Of a stretch of 64,000 nt of DNA, positions 1 to 10,533 are shown one piece after another. The stretch is taken from NCBI GenBank assembly GCA_964612745.1, contig CAZTCH010000001.1, positions 77,387 to 141,386 on the forward strand, read 5' to 3'. Made by a program: the position numbers and the translations under genes. Source of the DNA: an uncultured Candidatus Saccharibacteria bacterium. GTDB taxonomy: Bacteria; Patescibacteriota; Doudnabacteria; UBA920. The notes below the pieces were generated by a model, which worked only from the letters and a program-made list of their open reading frames with translations, was not told the DNA's origin and did no database searches. How positions within the stretch are numbered: position 1 is the first letter of the stretch; each line of letters opens with the position of its first letter.

Positions 1-22
1 CGAACAAGAGCTTGGTGTTATA

Positions 23-304
23 TTGTATCAAATTATTTTTTTTGTGTTACAAGGAGTCTATGTATTAATCACATTCTTTACTCCAGTAAAAAATAAAATA
101 AAAAAAATCTGGTATAGAGTATTACTTTTTGCAGCATTTCTTATGTATGCTTCATTTGTGGGTTGGTTTAATATAGCAACTGCTGGTTTTGGCATTTTAT
201 TGTTTATTCCATCTGTCTGTGTTTTTTCTGGTTTGTTATGGCTAGGGTATGTAATAGAACTGGTGCGACCTAATCAAAATGTTAGTATGTCTGAAGTTAA
301 ATAG
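23..304 (+). CDS. Small hydrophobic membrane protein of unknown function. TTG start at the window edge; may be 5-prime truncated.
   Basis: 93-aa ORF with two or three predicted TM helices. No recognisable family. Start is uncertain. Confidence 0.3.
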   Translation: MYQIIFFVLQGVYVLITFFTPVKNKIKKIWYRVLLFAAFLMYASFVGWFNIATAGFGILLFIPSVCVFSGLLWLGYVIELVRPNQNVSMSEVK

Positions 305-306
305 TT

Positions 307-1884
307 ATGTATGACCTTTTAATAAAAAAAGCGACAGTGGTTGACGGGAGTGGCCAAGCAAGTTTTGTGGCTGATGTTGCCGTGAGTGGTGACGAGATTG
401 TGCAGATCGCTCCAAATATTTCTGCTCGCGCGGTGCAGGTTATTGAAGCCGAAGGACTGGTGCTCACTCCTGGGTTTGTAGATGTACAAAATCATAGTGA
501 TAGCTTCTGGAATTTGTTCGACACCCCAGGGTTAGATAGTTTAGTGCTCCAAGGCTATACTAGTGCGCTGGTGGGGCAGTGTGGGACGAGTCTTGCGCCG
601 TTGCTCAGTCCTGCGGCACTCCGTTCGTCTCAAAAGTGGCATGCTTTGTCGGGGAGTAACTTTAACTGGGATAGCTTTGCAGATTTTGCTAAGCATTTTT
701 CCAAGTCTCATTTTGGGATTAACATTGGGAGTCTCGTGGGGTACAGCACGCTGCGCCGAGGGTTACTGTTGGATTCGCAGCGTACGTTGACTCCGCAGGA
801 AGGCGAAGTGCTCAATACAGCACTTCACCGAGCGTTAGACGAAGGCGCCTTCGGTGTTTCCAGTGGGTTGTCGTATACCCACGAAGCCAGTGTGAGTGAA
901 CTGGAACTTTTTGAACTTGCTCGTTCTGCACAGGCGCACGACGCATTATTTTCCATACATTTAAAAAGCGAAGGGTCGGGTGTTGTACGAGAAGTACGAG
1001 AAATGTTGGAAATAGCAGAGCGCTCTGGAGTGAGACTCAAGATTTCGCATTTAAAAATTCGGGGTAAACAAAATTGGCACCAGTTAGAAGAAGTGCTAAG
1101 CGAAATAGAGAACGCAGTGCACCGCGGGTTGGACATTACGTTTGATGTGTACCCGTACCCAACAACGTGGAAACCCCTTTATACCTACTTGCCATCGTGG
1201 GCTACTTTGGGTGGGCGCGAAGAGATGCTTCGGGCGTTGGCTGATCCTACGCAATACAGAAAAGTGTTGGCGCATTTACACGATACGCAACACCGGTACC
1301 AAGATATGATTGTGGCTTCGACGAGCTATCCTATGCGTGTTGTTTCGAAAACATTTGGTCAGATTGCAAAAGGGTTGGGTGTGTCGAGCGAAGAAGCAAT
1401 ATTGGAAGTGTTAAAAAATGGTGGATCAGAAATATTGGTACTCGACCATTGTCTGCACGAAGAGCATGTGGACAGCTTGCTTTCGCACCCATTGTCCATG
1501 GTAGCAACCGACGGTGGTGGGTTTGCAGAACGCGCTTCTGTCGGTAGACAAGAAAAACTCGTGCACCCTCGTTGCTACGGTACCAGCGCACAGTTTTTGG
1601 GCCGCATGAAAACTACAAAGCTACTCACACTGGAAGCTGCTATTGCAAAGTTGACTGGTATGCCAGCCCGCACGTGGGGTTTGGCGGATCGTGGGGTAAT
1701 TGCTATTGGTGCGAAAGCAGATTTAGTGCTTTTGAATCCATTGCACGTGTACGACAAAGCAACATTGGCCGATCCATTTCAGTCTCCTGCAGGTGTGGTG
1801 CATGTGTGGGTCAATGGAGCGCATGCGGTAAAAGATGGAGCTTTGACTGGAGTCCGGTCTGGTAATTTCTTACGGAAAGGGTAA
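307..1884 (+). CDS. N-acyl-D-amino-acid deacylase (D-aminoacylase) family amidohydrolase
   Basis: 525 aa. N-terminus (KKATVVDGSG...VLTPGFVDVQNHSD) and overall length match the Amidohydro_3 D-aminoacylase family. Stop overlaps the murD start (TAATG). Confidence 0.7.
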   Translation: MYDLLIKKATVVDGSGQASFVADVAVSGDEIVQIAPNISARAVQVIEAEGLVLTPGFVDVQNHSDSFWNLFDTPGLDSLVLQGYTSALVGQCGTSLAPLLSPAALRSSQKWHALSGSNFNWDSFADFAKHFSKSHFGINIGSLVGYSTLRRGLLLDSQRTLTPQEGEVLNTALHRALDEGAFGVSSGLSYTHEASVSELELFELARSAQAHDALFSIHLKSEGSGVVREVREMLEIAERSGVRLKISHLKIRGKQNWHQLEEVLSEIENAVHRGLDITFDVYPYPTTWKPLYTYLPSWATLGGREEMLRALADPTQYRKVLAHLHDTQHRYQDMIVASTSYPMRVVSKTFGQIAKGLGVSSEEAILEVLKNGGSEILVLDHCLHEEHVDSLLSHPLSMVATDGGGFAERASVGRQEKLVHPRCYGTSAQFLGRMKTTKLLTLEAAIAKLTGMPARTWGLADRGVIAIGAKADLVLLNPLHVYDKATLADPFQSPAGVVHVWVNGAHAVKDGALTGVRSGNFLRKG

Positions 1885-3323
1885 TGCATATGCAGTATAC
1901 AGATTCGCTGGTTGGAAAACATATTGGCATTGTTGGTTTTGGAAAAGAAGGTCAGGCAGTAGCACAATTTTTGCTGACTGCTGGTTTGACTGCGCACATT
2001 TTTGACGCAAAACAAGCAGCAGATTTTTCTGCTGAGCTGGTGGCGCGTTACCAAACTGCTGGGTTTACTTTTGTGTTCGGACATGACTTCTCAGACTTTG
2101 GTTCTTTGGATTGCATCTTTCGGAGCCCGGGGGTGCCGTTGGTAACAGCTGGGCTTGTACAGGCGCAAGCTCGTGGTTGTGAAATAACCAGTCAGACAAA
2201 GTTCTTTTTTAAGCACACTCCAGCAAAAATTATTGGGGTTACCGGTACAAAAGGTAAGGGGACAACTACTAGTCTTATTTATGCTTTACTCAGGCAAGCG
2301 GTAGAGTTGGGGCTACCACAAAACATTGTGGGACAGAGTGGTTCGGTTTTTCTGACTGGCAACATTGGCAAAGAAGACCCGCTGGCTTTATTGCCTACGC
2401 TTACAGAACGAGATGTTGTCGTGTTTGAAATGTCTAGTTTCCAGTTGGAAGATTTGGAGCAGAGTCCACACATTGGTGTGTGTTTAATGGTTACCAGTGA
2501 CCATTTGGACCACCATGCAAATCTTACTGAATACCACGCAGCAAAAGAAGCAATAGCAAAGTTCCAAACTCCTGCGGATACGTTACTATTTTGCGATGAC
2601 TACCCAGCGACCAAAGCGATTGGTGCTCTGGGCGCGGGGAAGAAATACGCTTTTTCCCGAACACACTCGTTACCTGAAGGCGCGTATGCACAAGGTCAAG
2701 AATTGTTTGTGCAGACTGCACAAGGTGCTCTGCATCTTGCAGTGGCCAAGCGACAATTGCGCGGTGATCACAACTTAGAAAATTTATTGGCTGCAGCGCT
2801 TGTCGGATCTGTGGTTGGGCTGCCTGAGTCACACATCAACTCGGTACTGACAGAGTTTAAAGGATTAGAGCATCGTTTGGAATATGTGGGAACATTTGCC
2901 GATGTCTCTTTTTATAACGACTCAATTGCCACTGTGCCCGAAAGTGCGATTGCTGCAGTGCGTTCGTTTCATGAGCCGATCGTGCTTATACTGGGCGGTT
3001 CGGATAAGGGCGCAGATTTTACGGGGTTAGCCACAGAAATTGCTGCGAAACCGAATGTAAAAGCAATCATAGTAGTTGGGCAAACCACCAATCAGATCGC
3101 TACTGCATTGGAAGCAGCTACTGTACCCACGGAACGTGTCTTTCGTGGAGCAGAAAACATGGGAGAGATATTTGCGCAGATAGCGAGTGTGGCATCTGCG
3201 GGCGATGTTGTGTTGCTCAGTCCCGCATGTGCATCGTTTGGTATGTTCCAAAGCTATGCAGATAGAGGACAGCAGTTCCGGTTGCACGCACAAAATTTTA
3301 AGCGACAAGACCATACAGCTTAG
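1884..3323 (+). CDS. murD: UDP-N-acetylmuramoyl-L-alanine--D-glutamate ligase
   Basis: Rossmann N-terminus GIVGFGKEG, Mur ligase P-loop GVTGTKGKGTT, length 479 aa. ftsW lies downstream, consistent with dcw-cluster context. Confidence 0.85.
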   Translation: MHMQYTDSLVGKHIGIVGFGKEGQAVAQFLLTAGLTAHIFDAKQAADFSAELVARYQTAGFTFVFGHDFSDFGSLDCIFRSPGVPLVTAGLVQAQARGCEITSQTKFFFKHTPAKIIGVTGTKGKGTTTSLIYALLRQAVELGLPQNIVGQSGSVFLTGNIGKEDPLALLPTLTERDVVVFEMSSFQLEDLEQSPHIGVCLMVTSDHLDHHANLTEYHAAKEAIAKFQTPADTLLFCDDYPATKAIGALGAGKKYAFSRTHSLPEGAYAQGQELFVQTAQGALHLAVAKRQLRGDHNLENLLAAALVGSVVGLPESHINSVLTEFKGLEHRLEYVGTFADVSFYNDSIATVPESAIAAVRSFHEPIVLILGGSDKGADFTGLATEIAAKPNVKAIIVVGQTTNQIATALEAATVPTERVFRGAENMGEIFAQIASVASAGDVVLLSPACASFGMFQSYADRGQQFRLHAQNFKRQDHTA

Positions 3324-3328
3324 TTCAC

Positions 3329-4465
3329 ATGGAAAAAAGAAAATTTTCAGATTTTTTTATAAACAAAAAGGGAAAGGTAGATGTAGCGTTAGCACTGGTA
3401 GTGGCGCTGTTGTTTGTGGTGGGCATGATCATGCTCTACTCCGCATCTACTGTTGAGTCGTTAGAGCGTTTTGGCAGTACGACACATTTTGTAAAGAACC
3501 AGTTATTGCAAGGAGGGCTTGTGGGGCTGGTGGCACTCTATATTTGCAGCAAAATGGATTATCGTATTTGGCAACGACTCGTCCCACTTGCGCTGGTGGG
3601 GAGTGTTATCCTGCTGCTATTGGTAAAAGTGCCAGGGGTTGGTTTTTCTGCGGGTGGTGCAAGTCGGTGGATTCATATTGGTCCATTATTTTTGCAGCCG
3701 GCAGAACTGGCAAAGCTTGCCATTGTAATTTATGGTGCTTCGTGGATGGCAAATAAGCGCCAGCAACTCCATCAGTTCATGGCTGGGGTGTTTCCAATGC
3801 TCGTGGTGGTTGGGTTGCTTTCGGTGCTTATTTTGTGGCAACCAGATTTTGGGACAATGTTGGTGTTGCTGGGCACAGCGTTTTTGATGCTGATTGCTGC
3901 AGGCACGCCATGGAAATGGCTTGGGGCAGTGGTGGGGGCTGGTACGCTGGTGTTGTTGCTCCTGATTTGGTTAGAACCGTACCGCGCTGCTCGGTTGTTT
4001 ACTTTTTTAAACCCACAACATGATCCTTCGGGGGCTGGGTACCAAGTGAACCAATCACTCCTTGCCGTTGGTTCTGGTGGTGTGTGGGGGTTGGGATATG
4101 GACAGTCTCGACAGAAGCATAATTTTTTACCAGAAGTCCTTGGTGACTCTATATTTCCGGTTATTGCAGAAGAGTTGGGGTATGTGCGTGTATTAGGTTT
4201 GCTGGGATTATTTGTTGCATTTTTATTGCGTGGCTTCCGAGTTGCTGCAGCAGCGCCAGACCAGTTTGGGAGATTACTTGCCGCAGGGCTTACTTCCATG
4301 ATACTGATTCAAGCGTTTATTAACATTGGGGCGAGCATTGGCTTGTTGCCGCTCACTGGAATCCCGCTTCCATTTTTTAGCTATGGGAGTAGTTCACTTA
4401 TTGTGACAATGGCTGCGTGCGGTATATTGCTGCAGATAAGTCGCCACGTAAGGGTAAGCTCGTAA
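3329..4465 (+). CDS. ftsW: SEDS-family peptidoglycan glycosyltransferase FtsW/RodA
   Basis: 378 aa, about 10 TM helices. Conserved SEDS loops (FQPAELAKL, GYGQSRQK). Immediately follows murD. Confidence 0.8.
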   Translation: MEKRKFSDFFINKKGKVDVALALVVALLFVVGMIMLYSASTVESLERFGSTTHFVKNQLLQGGLVGLVALYICSKMDYRIWQRLVPLALVGSVILLLLVKVPGVGFSAGGASRWIHIGPLFLQPAELAKLAIVIYGASWMANKRQQLHQFMAGVFPMLVVVGLLSVLILWQPDFGTMLVLLGTAFLMLIAAGTPWKWLGAVVGAGTLVLLLLIWLEPYRAARLFTFLNPQHDPSGAGYQVNQSLLAVGSGGVWGLGYGQSRQKHNFLPEVLGDSIFPVIAEELGYVRVLGLLGLFVAFLLRGFRVAAAAPDQFGRLLAAGLTSMILIQAFINIGASIGLLPLTGIPLPFFSYGSSSLIVTMAACGILLQISRHVRVSS

Positions 4466-4466
4466 T

Positions 4467-6623
4467 ATGAGATTATTTAAAAAACATACTGCAGAGGTGC
4501 GATTGCCTGGTGGACGGAGTATGGGGGCTGATACTCGCGGGTTTTGGCGCAATCTCTTCCGTATGTTTTTTTCTCTGTGCTATGCCGTGGGTGTGGCGGT
4601 AGTTTCTATTCCGAAGTTTTTTGGTTTCGCACTCGAACGAGTATGGCTTGGGTTTGTGTCTGATGTTGGACGCACAGTCGCAAGTGTGGGAAGTCGTGGG
4701 ACAAAGTTGCTTGCGCGCTCTACGGTGTTTAATATTGTTTTTCTGTTTTTGTTTGCGGTGGTCTGGGTGTTTGGATTGCAAGCAGTTTCACTCTTTGCCG
4801 AAGGGTTGGGTCTGCAGCGGGTGGTAGTAGGTCAAGCGGAAACTGCACTTGAGTCACTTGCACAAGGGACAGATAAGTTATCGCAAGAAGAATATGCAGC
4901 AGCAGGAGCTCGTTTCGCTACAGCGGTACAGAAGTTTGGGAGCGCGCAGCAGGTGCTCGCCGAATCGAATGCGTTGGTCAGGGCTCTGCTCGACGTAACA
5001 CCGCAAGGAAAAGATGCGCAGCGATTGTTGCGTGCTGGTGAGCAGGGGAGTCAGGCAGCAAAACAGTTTGGTGATTTTTTATCTACCTTAAAACAAATTT
5101 CTTTTGGGTCTACTGGTTTGGAATTGCGTAACCCTCAGGTTACCGTTGCATATGCTGGCGCACAGTTTCGTGTGCTCAGGGAGCAAGTTGACGCTGCACT
5201 TGCGCTTGTTAGGGAAGTAGACCCAGCGCATGTACCAGATAAATATGCGGACAGACTTGCAAGTGTGCAAAAACAAGTCTTGGGGCTCAAGACTTCGCTT
5301 GCGACTGTGGCGAATGCATTTTCGGTACTTGAGTATGCGGCAACGGGGAATAAAGAGCTGCTCGTATTGCTCCAAAATAGCAACGAGCTCCGCCCGAGCG
5401 GAGGCTTTATTGGGACGTATGGTGCTTTTACTGTGCAAGATGGGGTTATTCTGAATCAAACGGTGAGTAGTATTTATGACATAGACGGTCAACTGCGCAC
5501 AGTCTATGAACCACCACTTCCTATTCGAGCGGTGAATCCTCGTTGGTATATTCGTGACGCGAATTGGTTTGCTTCGTTTCCCGAGTCTGCGCGGGCGGTT
5601 TCGGAAATGTACACCGAGGTGACCCAACGTGCGCCCGATTTAGTTATGGCAATTACTCCAGCACTTGTTGTGCGTGCGCTTGAGCTGACGGGGCCAGTAG
5701 TTGTTCCGGGGTATACGACTCCACTGACTGCAGAAAATTTTGTAGAAGTCACACAAGTAGAGACTTCGGTTACGTATGACCGAACAGAAAATAAGCCAAA
5801 GAAAATGTTGTCAGAGTTCCTCCCTATTTTTTTGGAGCGACTGTCTGCAGTGGTGCAAGAAGAGCCGCTGGCAGTTTTGCAAGTGCTGGTCTCTTCGGTT
5901 GCTGCAAAAGATGTACAACTGTATTCACCAAATACGACAGTACAAGCACAGGTACGAGCGCTGGCATGGTCAGGTGAAATAGTAGAGACGGCACGAGACT
6001 ACTTCAGTATAGTTTCTGCAAATTTAGGTGGGACAAAAACAGATTTAGAGCTTGAACAAAGTGCGGTTTTGCACAGTGCCATAGATGCAAGTGGTGCTGT
6101 GGTCAATACGTTGACTCTTCGGCGGGCTAATCCATTGCCAGATAAAAAGGGGTTGGAGAACAAATCTTTTGTTCGGGTGTTGGTTCCATTGGGGAGCACG
6201 CTGCTTTCGAGTAAAGGTTTTAGCGAGGTTGTGTTAGATGAACCAAAGGAACGCGATGGCGTAGTGCACCCACAAGCACAGAGTTGGCAAAAAGCTGCGG
6301 TGCAACAGACTGCCGATGGTACCATAATTGGAGTTGAGGCAGGGAAGACTTATTTTGGCAATTGGATAGTTTTGTCCGGTGGGCAAACAGCGCGGGTGGA
6401 ATTGTCATGGCGGTTGCCGTACACGCTCTCTGCGCTTGATCGTCAAAGTTTGACTGTGCAAAAGCAGTCTGGTGCGGTAGGCTACTCTTTTCAATATAAG
6501 CTAGAGTTCCCACAGCGGCGGGTGTTGTGGTCGACACAAGATGGTATATCCACTTCCTTTGGATTAGAAAAAGAATGGCAAGTTACTACAGATAGTTTTT
6601 TTGGTGTAGTATTGAGTAAGTAA
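4467..6623 (+). CDS. Membrane-anchored extracytoplasmic protein of unknown function, possibly DUF4012-like
   Basis: 718 aa with N-terminal TM segments then a large soluble domain (motif RPSGGFIGTYGAF). Family assignment is from memory only. Confidence 0.45.
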   Translation: MRLFKKHTAEVRLPGGRSMGADTRGFWRNLFRMFFSLCYAVGVAVVSIPKFFGFALERVWLGFVSDVGRTVASVGSRGTKLLARSTVFNIVFLFLFAVVWVFGLQAVSLFAEGLGLQRVVVGQAETALESLAQGTDKLSQEEYAAAGARFATAVQKFGSAQQVLAESNALVRALLDVTPQGKDAQRLLRAGEQGSQAAKQFGDFLSTLKQISFGSTGLELRNPQVTVAYAGAQFRVLREQVDAALALVREVDPAHVPDKYADRLASVQKQVLGLKTSLATVANAFSVLEYAATGNKELLVLLQNSNELRPSGGFIGTYGAFTVQDGVILNQTVSSIYDIDGQLRTVYEPPLPIRAVNPRWYIRDANWFASFPESARAVSEMYTEVTQRAPDLVMAITPALVVRALELTGPVVVPGYTTPLTAENFVEVTQVETSVTYDRTENKPKKMLSEFLPIFLERLSAVVQEEPLAVLQVLVSSVAAKDVQLYSPNTTVQAQVRALAWSGEIVETARDYFSIVSANLGGTKTDLELEQSAVLHSAIDASGAVVNTLTLRRANPLPDKKGLENKSFVRVLVPLGSTLLSSKGFSEVVLDEPKERDGVVHPQAQSWQKAAVQQTADGTIIGVEAGKTYFGNWIVLSGGQTARVELSWRLPYTLSALDRQSLTVQKQSGAVGYSFQYKLEFPQRRVLWSTQDGISTSFGLEKEWQVTTDSFFGVVLSK

Positions 6624-6631
6624 GAGACGCT

Positions 6632-8248
6632 ATGCAAGAACAGAATACAAAAAAAGTTTCGCGGTGGGGTTCGTGGCTGCCTACAGTGTCTGGTGTGGGT
6701 GGTGCTGCTTTGGTGGTAGCACTTTTGACGTTACTTTCTCGAATCTCAGGGTTGATACGAGTGCGTATTTTTGCGAGCGAATTTGGTGCGGGTGAGGTGC
6801 TCGACATGTACTACGCGGGGTTTCGTATCCCAGATTTTTTGATGGGCGTGCTTATAGTGGGCACACTGTCTATTGCTGCTTTGCCTGTTATTTCACAAGC
6901 ACTCAAGAAGAGTGATGCAGAAGCGAGTAAACTCGTTTCGGTGTTACTCAATTATACTTTTTTGGGAATGGTTATTGTGTGCGCACTCGTTGCACTCGCT
7001 GCGCCATGGCTCGTGCGTTTAGTCGTGCCAGGGTTTACGGACGTGCAGTTAGTGCAGGTGGTGTTGCTGACTCGGATTATTTTAGTCGCACAAATCTTTT
7101 TGGCATTGGCAAATGTCATGTCAGCCACACTCAACTCGGTCAAGCGATTTTTTTGGGCTGGGTTTTCTCCGGTGTTGTATAACGCTGGGCTGATAGTGGG
7201 TGCGGTTTGGTTGTATCCTCGCTTTGGGATAGTTGGGTTAGGGTATGGAGTATTGCTGGGCGCAGTGGTGCACAGCACAGCGCAGTTAATAGATTTTTAT
7301 CGTGCGGGGTTTTCGGTTAATCCCAGCGCGTGGACATTGGGAACGTTGCGCGGGGTGGGGAAGTTGTACTTACCAAGGCTGTTTACGCTTGATTTGTCAC
7401 AAGTCATTTTAATTGTCGCGTCCGTAGTTGGTTCACACTTGGCAGCTGGTAGTATCTCTGTATTTACGTTAGGTTTTGATATCCAAGCGATGCCTGTGGG
7501 GGTGTTTGCGTTTGCGGTGGCGACGGCCTCGTTTCCGTATTTTGCCGAACATTACTCGAGCGCAGACGCGAGTGCGTTTATGCGTTTGTTGCGCGAAAGT
7601 ATAGTGCGCATATTGTTTTACATGACTCCTGTAGCAATTGCGCTCTTGTTGCTCCGTGCGCAAGCGGTGCGAATATTGTATGGTGCTGGTCAGTTTGGTT
7701 GGGACGACACCAGAGCAACATTCGAAGTGCTTGGTGTGCTGGCTTTTTCACTCATCGGACAGTCGCTCGTCCCGTTATTTTCCAGAGCATTGTTGGCGCG
7801 GCATAAGACGTGGACACCGGTCTTAGTTAATTTACTCTCTATGTGGATTGCTATTGTTGCTGGGTATGTCTTATCTGGGGCGCATGGCATAAATGGGGTT
7901 GCTGCAGCATATGTGATTGGTGTCTCTGTGAACGCTGCTGTGCTCTATGTCTTAGTGCGCAACTCGTTGCTCGAAGCAGCTGGCACGGAAGCAGCGGTAC
8001 ATGCAGAGGAGGGTAATACGTTGCAACTTATCGGAAAGGTGATTGTAGCTTCTGCAGGTTTTGCTGTTGCGCTCTATGGTGGGTTATATGCTGGATCCCT
8101 TGTGGTAAATACCCACACGTGGTTGGGGTTAGTGCTGCAAACAGCGATTGCTTCTTTCTGCGGTGGTTTGGTGTACCTGGTTATTGGCGCTACTTCTGGC
8201 CTGCCCGATGCAAAAGCACTCGTGGGAAAAGTTTTAAAAAGAGCATAA
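6632..8248 (+). CDS. murJ: Lipid II flippase MurJ (MviN)
   Basis: 538 aa polytopic membrane protein. N-terminal signature LSRISGLIRVRIFASEFGAGEVLDMYYAGFRIPDF is typical of MurJ. Confidence 0.85.
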   Translation: MQEQNTKKVSRWGSWLPTVSGVGGAALVVALLTLLSRISGLIRVRIFASEFGAGEVLDMYYAGFRIPDFLMGVLIVGTLSIAALPVISQALKKSDAEASKLVSVLLNYTFLGMVIVCALVALAAPWLVRLVVPGFTDVQLVQVVLLTRIILVAQIFLALANVMSATLNSVKRFFWAGFSPVLYNAGLIVGAVWLYPRFGIVGLGYGVLLGAVVHSTAQLIDFYRAGFSVNPSAWTLGTLRGVGKLYLPRLFTLDLSQVILIVASVVGSHLAAGSISVFTLGFDIQAMPVGVFAFAVATASFPYFAEHYSSADASAFMRLLRESIVRILFYMTPVAIALLLLRAQAVRILYGAGQFGWDDTRATFEVLGVLAFSLIGQSLVPLFSRALLARHKTWTPVLVNLLSMWIAIVAGYVLSGAHGINGVAAAYVIGVSVNAAVLYVLVRNSLLEAAGTEAAVHAEEGNTLQLIGKVIVASAGFAVALYGGLYAGSLVVNTHTWLGLVLQTAIASFCGGLVYLVIGATSGLPDAKALVGKVLKRA

Positions 8249-8351
8249 GTATATGAAGCAAGTTTGCATAACGTTTTCTTAATTTTCAACTCGTTTGGAA
8301 ATTGCGCACGATGCATCGCGGCAGTTCATGCAGTCATAGGTCTTCTTGGTA

Positions 8352-8386
8352 TAGTCCAAAAGTAGACGGTCGTCTACTTTTGGACT
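8352..8386 (+). terminator. Perfect 15-bp-stem hairpin downstream of murJ
   Basis: agtccaaaagtagacg/gtcgtctacttttggact inverted repeat followed by a T-rich stretch. Confidence 0.4.
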
Positions 8387-8485
8387 TTTGCGTTACTGGT
8401 GGCATGTGGGAATAGTGCTTAGAGATTTATATGTTTGCATGTTTTTATGCTTGTATGGTTGCATGTTTTGCCTCGCGGTGTGCCT

Positions 8486-8514
8486 TGTGGATAAGGGTTT
8501 TGGCGTGGTAGAAT
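8486..8514 (+). promoter_or_regulatory. Consensus DnaA box (TTATCCACA on the minus strand) next to an extended -10 (TGGTAGAAT) 6 nt upstream of the lepA ATG
   Basis: tgtggataa at 8486-8494; tggtagaat at 8506-8514; lepA ATG at 8521, implying a leaderless transcript. Confidence 0.35.
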
Positions 8515-8520
8515 ACTGCT

Positions 8521-10371
8521 ATGTCAGACCTCTCAAATATACGGAATTTTTGCATTATTGCTCATATTGACCACGGAAAGTCGACCCTTGCGGATCGGCT
8601 TTTAGAAATGACCAACACCGTGAGTAAACGGGAAATGAAGGATCAGTTGTTGGACAGTATGGACCTTGAGCGAGAGCGTGGAATTACCATCAAGCTGCAG
8701 CCAGCGAGAATGCAGTATCAATACGAAGGGTCAAGCGCTAAGGGCCAAGCGCTCAGTGAAGCAGAGCATATAACCTTTAGCCCTCGGAACTATATCCTCA
8801 ACTTAATCGATACTCCTGGGCATGTGGACTTTGCATATGAAGTATCACGAAGCCTTGCGTGTTGCGAAGGTGCAATTTTAGTTGTAGATAGTACGCAAGG
8901 TATTGAAGCGCAAACTTTGGCAAATGCCTACTTGGCGATGGAACACAATTTAAAGCTCATTCCAGTAGTCAACAAAATTGACCTTCCGAATAGTGATAGG
9001 GAGAAAACTGCGAGCGAACTAAAAGCTGCGTTTGGGTTTACCGATGACGAAATTTTGTACGCCTCAGGAAAGACTGGCGAAGGCGTGCTCTCTATTTTAG
9101 ATGCAGTTGTCGAACGTGTTCCAGCGCCAACGGGTAACACCGATGGTGATTTGCGCGCCCTGATTTTTGATTCTGCTTACGACATTCACCGCGGGGTGAT
9201 TTGTTTTGTTCGCGTGTTTGATGGTGTCTTGTTGCCACGGCAGAAAATTTACACGTTAGGAAGTAAAACAGAAGCAGAGAGTTTAGAGATTGGGTACTTT
9301 AAACCGAAAATGGAAAAGTCCGATGCTATTCGTTGCGGTGAAGTGGGGTATATCGTGACAGGGCTCCGAGATGTTTCCAAAGCACGTGTGGGTGACACAA
9401 TTACTTTGCATGGGCAAAGAACAACTACGCAACCACTCCCTGGGTACGAGCACGTAAAGCCAATGGTCTACGCAACCATTTTTCCTGTCTCTGGAGACGA
9501 CTATCCAAGTCTGCGGGATGCCATGGACAAGTTACGTTTGAGTGACGCGTCTTTAGAATTTGAACCAGAGCATATTCCAAGCATTGGGTTTGGGTTCCGT
9601 ACCGGCTTTTTGGGGTTGCTACACATGGATATTGTGCAGGAGCGCTTAACTCGTGAATACGATTTGGACCTTATTTTAACTGCGCCAAGCGTTGCGTACA
9701 AAGTGATTAAGACTTCTGGAGAAGAAGTAATGGTGCAATCGGCAGCGCAGTTTCCAGACCCATCTACCGTGCGGGAAGTACAAGAACCGTGGATGAAAGT
9801 AAATATCTTAACACCACAAGAGTACATCGGTCCGATATTAGAAATAGTTACGAAACGACGAGGGATTTCTGGCGACATTACCTACTTGGGACAAGACCGT
9901 GTAGATATGCACTTTGAAATGCCTTTGGGGAATATTATTATTGATTTTTACGATAAACTAAAAAGTGTTTCTAGCGGCTATGCTTCGCTGAACTACGACT
10001 TTTTGGAACTTCGCTATGGAGAATTGGTAAAAGTGGATGTATTAGTTGCAAACGAAAAAGTAGAAGCGCTTTCTACTATGATGCATCGCTCGGTTGCAGA
10101 AGTTGAAGGACGTGATTTGGTCATGAAATTAAAAGAGCTTATTCCAAGACAGCAGTTTGAAATAGCAATTCAGGCGGCTATTGGAGGCAAGGTGATTGCT
10201 CGCGAGACTATTAGCGCACTACGCAAAGATGTTACTGGCTATTTGTATGGTGGTGACGTAACCCGAAAAATGAAACTCCTGAACAAACAGAAAAAAGGAA
10301 AGAAACGGATGAAAAAGATTGGTAAGGTAGATATTCCACAAGAGGCGTTTTTGGCAATTTTGAAGAAGTAG
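8521..10371 (+). CDS. lepA: Elongation factor 4 (LepA)
   Basis: 616 aa. G1 motif AHIDHGKST, DTPGHVDF, and the unique LepA C-terminal domain (GKKRMKKIGKVDIPQEAF). Confidence 0.9.
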   Translation: MSDLSNIRNFCIIAHIDHGKSTLADRLLEMTNTVSKREMKDQLLDSMDLERERGITIKLQPARMQYQYEGSSAKGQALSEAEHITFSPRNYILNLIDTPGHVDFAYEVSRSLACCEGAILVVDSTQGIEAQTLANAYLAMEHNLKLIPVVNKIDLPNSDREKTASELKAAFGFTDDEILYASGKTGEGVLSILDAVVERVPAPTGNTDGDLRALIFDSAYDIHRGVICFVRVFDGVLLPRQKIYTLGSKTEAESLEIGYFKPKMEKSDAIRCGEVGYIVTGLRDVSKARVGDTITLHGQRTTTQPLPGYEHVKPMVYATIFPVSGDDYPSLRDAMDKLRLSDASLEFEPEHIPSIGFGFRTGFLGLLHMDIVQERLTREYDLDLILTAPSVAYKVIKTSGEEVMVQSAAQFPDPSTVREVQEPWMKVNILTPQEYIGPILEIVTKRRGISGDITYLGQDRVDMHFEMPLGNIIIDFYDKLKSVSSGYASLNYDFLELRYGELVKVDVLVANEKVEALSTMMHRSVAEVEGRDLVMKLKELIPRQQFEIAIQAAIGGKVIARETISALRKDVTGYLYGGDVTRKMKLLNKQKKGKKRMKKIGKVDIPQEAFLAILKK

Positions 10372-10533
10372 GAGGAGAGAAGAAATAGAAGAGTGAGAAG
10401 AAGTAGAAGAATTAGTAAGACGGAGAGTAGTAAAGAGTAAATGGTAAGTAGTAATTAGACAATACGTAATACGAAATTCGCAATTCGCAATTCATAATAC
10501 GCAATACGTAATTCTTAATTCCTAATTCCTCAA
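10372..10533. repeat. Intergenic low-complexity heptamer repeats (purine-rich gaagaag/tagtaag, then acgtaatacg/aattcgc family)
   Basis: Visible tandem 7-nt periodic units. Same motif family as other intergenic regions in this window. Confidence 0.6.

Noticed and set aside
8250-8520. Chromosomal origin (oriC) upstream of lepA
   Set aside because: Only one consensus DnaA box was found (8486-8494). There is no cluster of boxes, no AT-rich DUE, and no dnaA/dnaN nearby.
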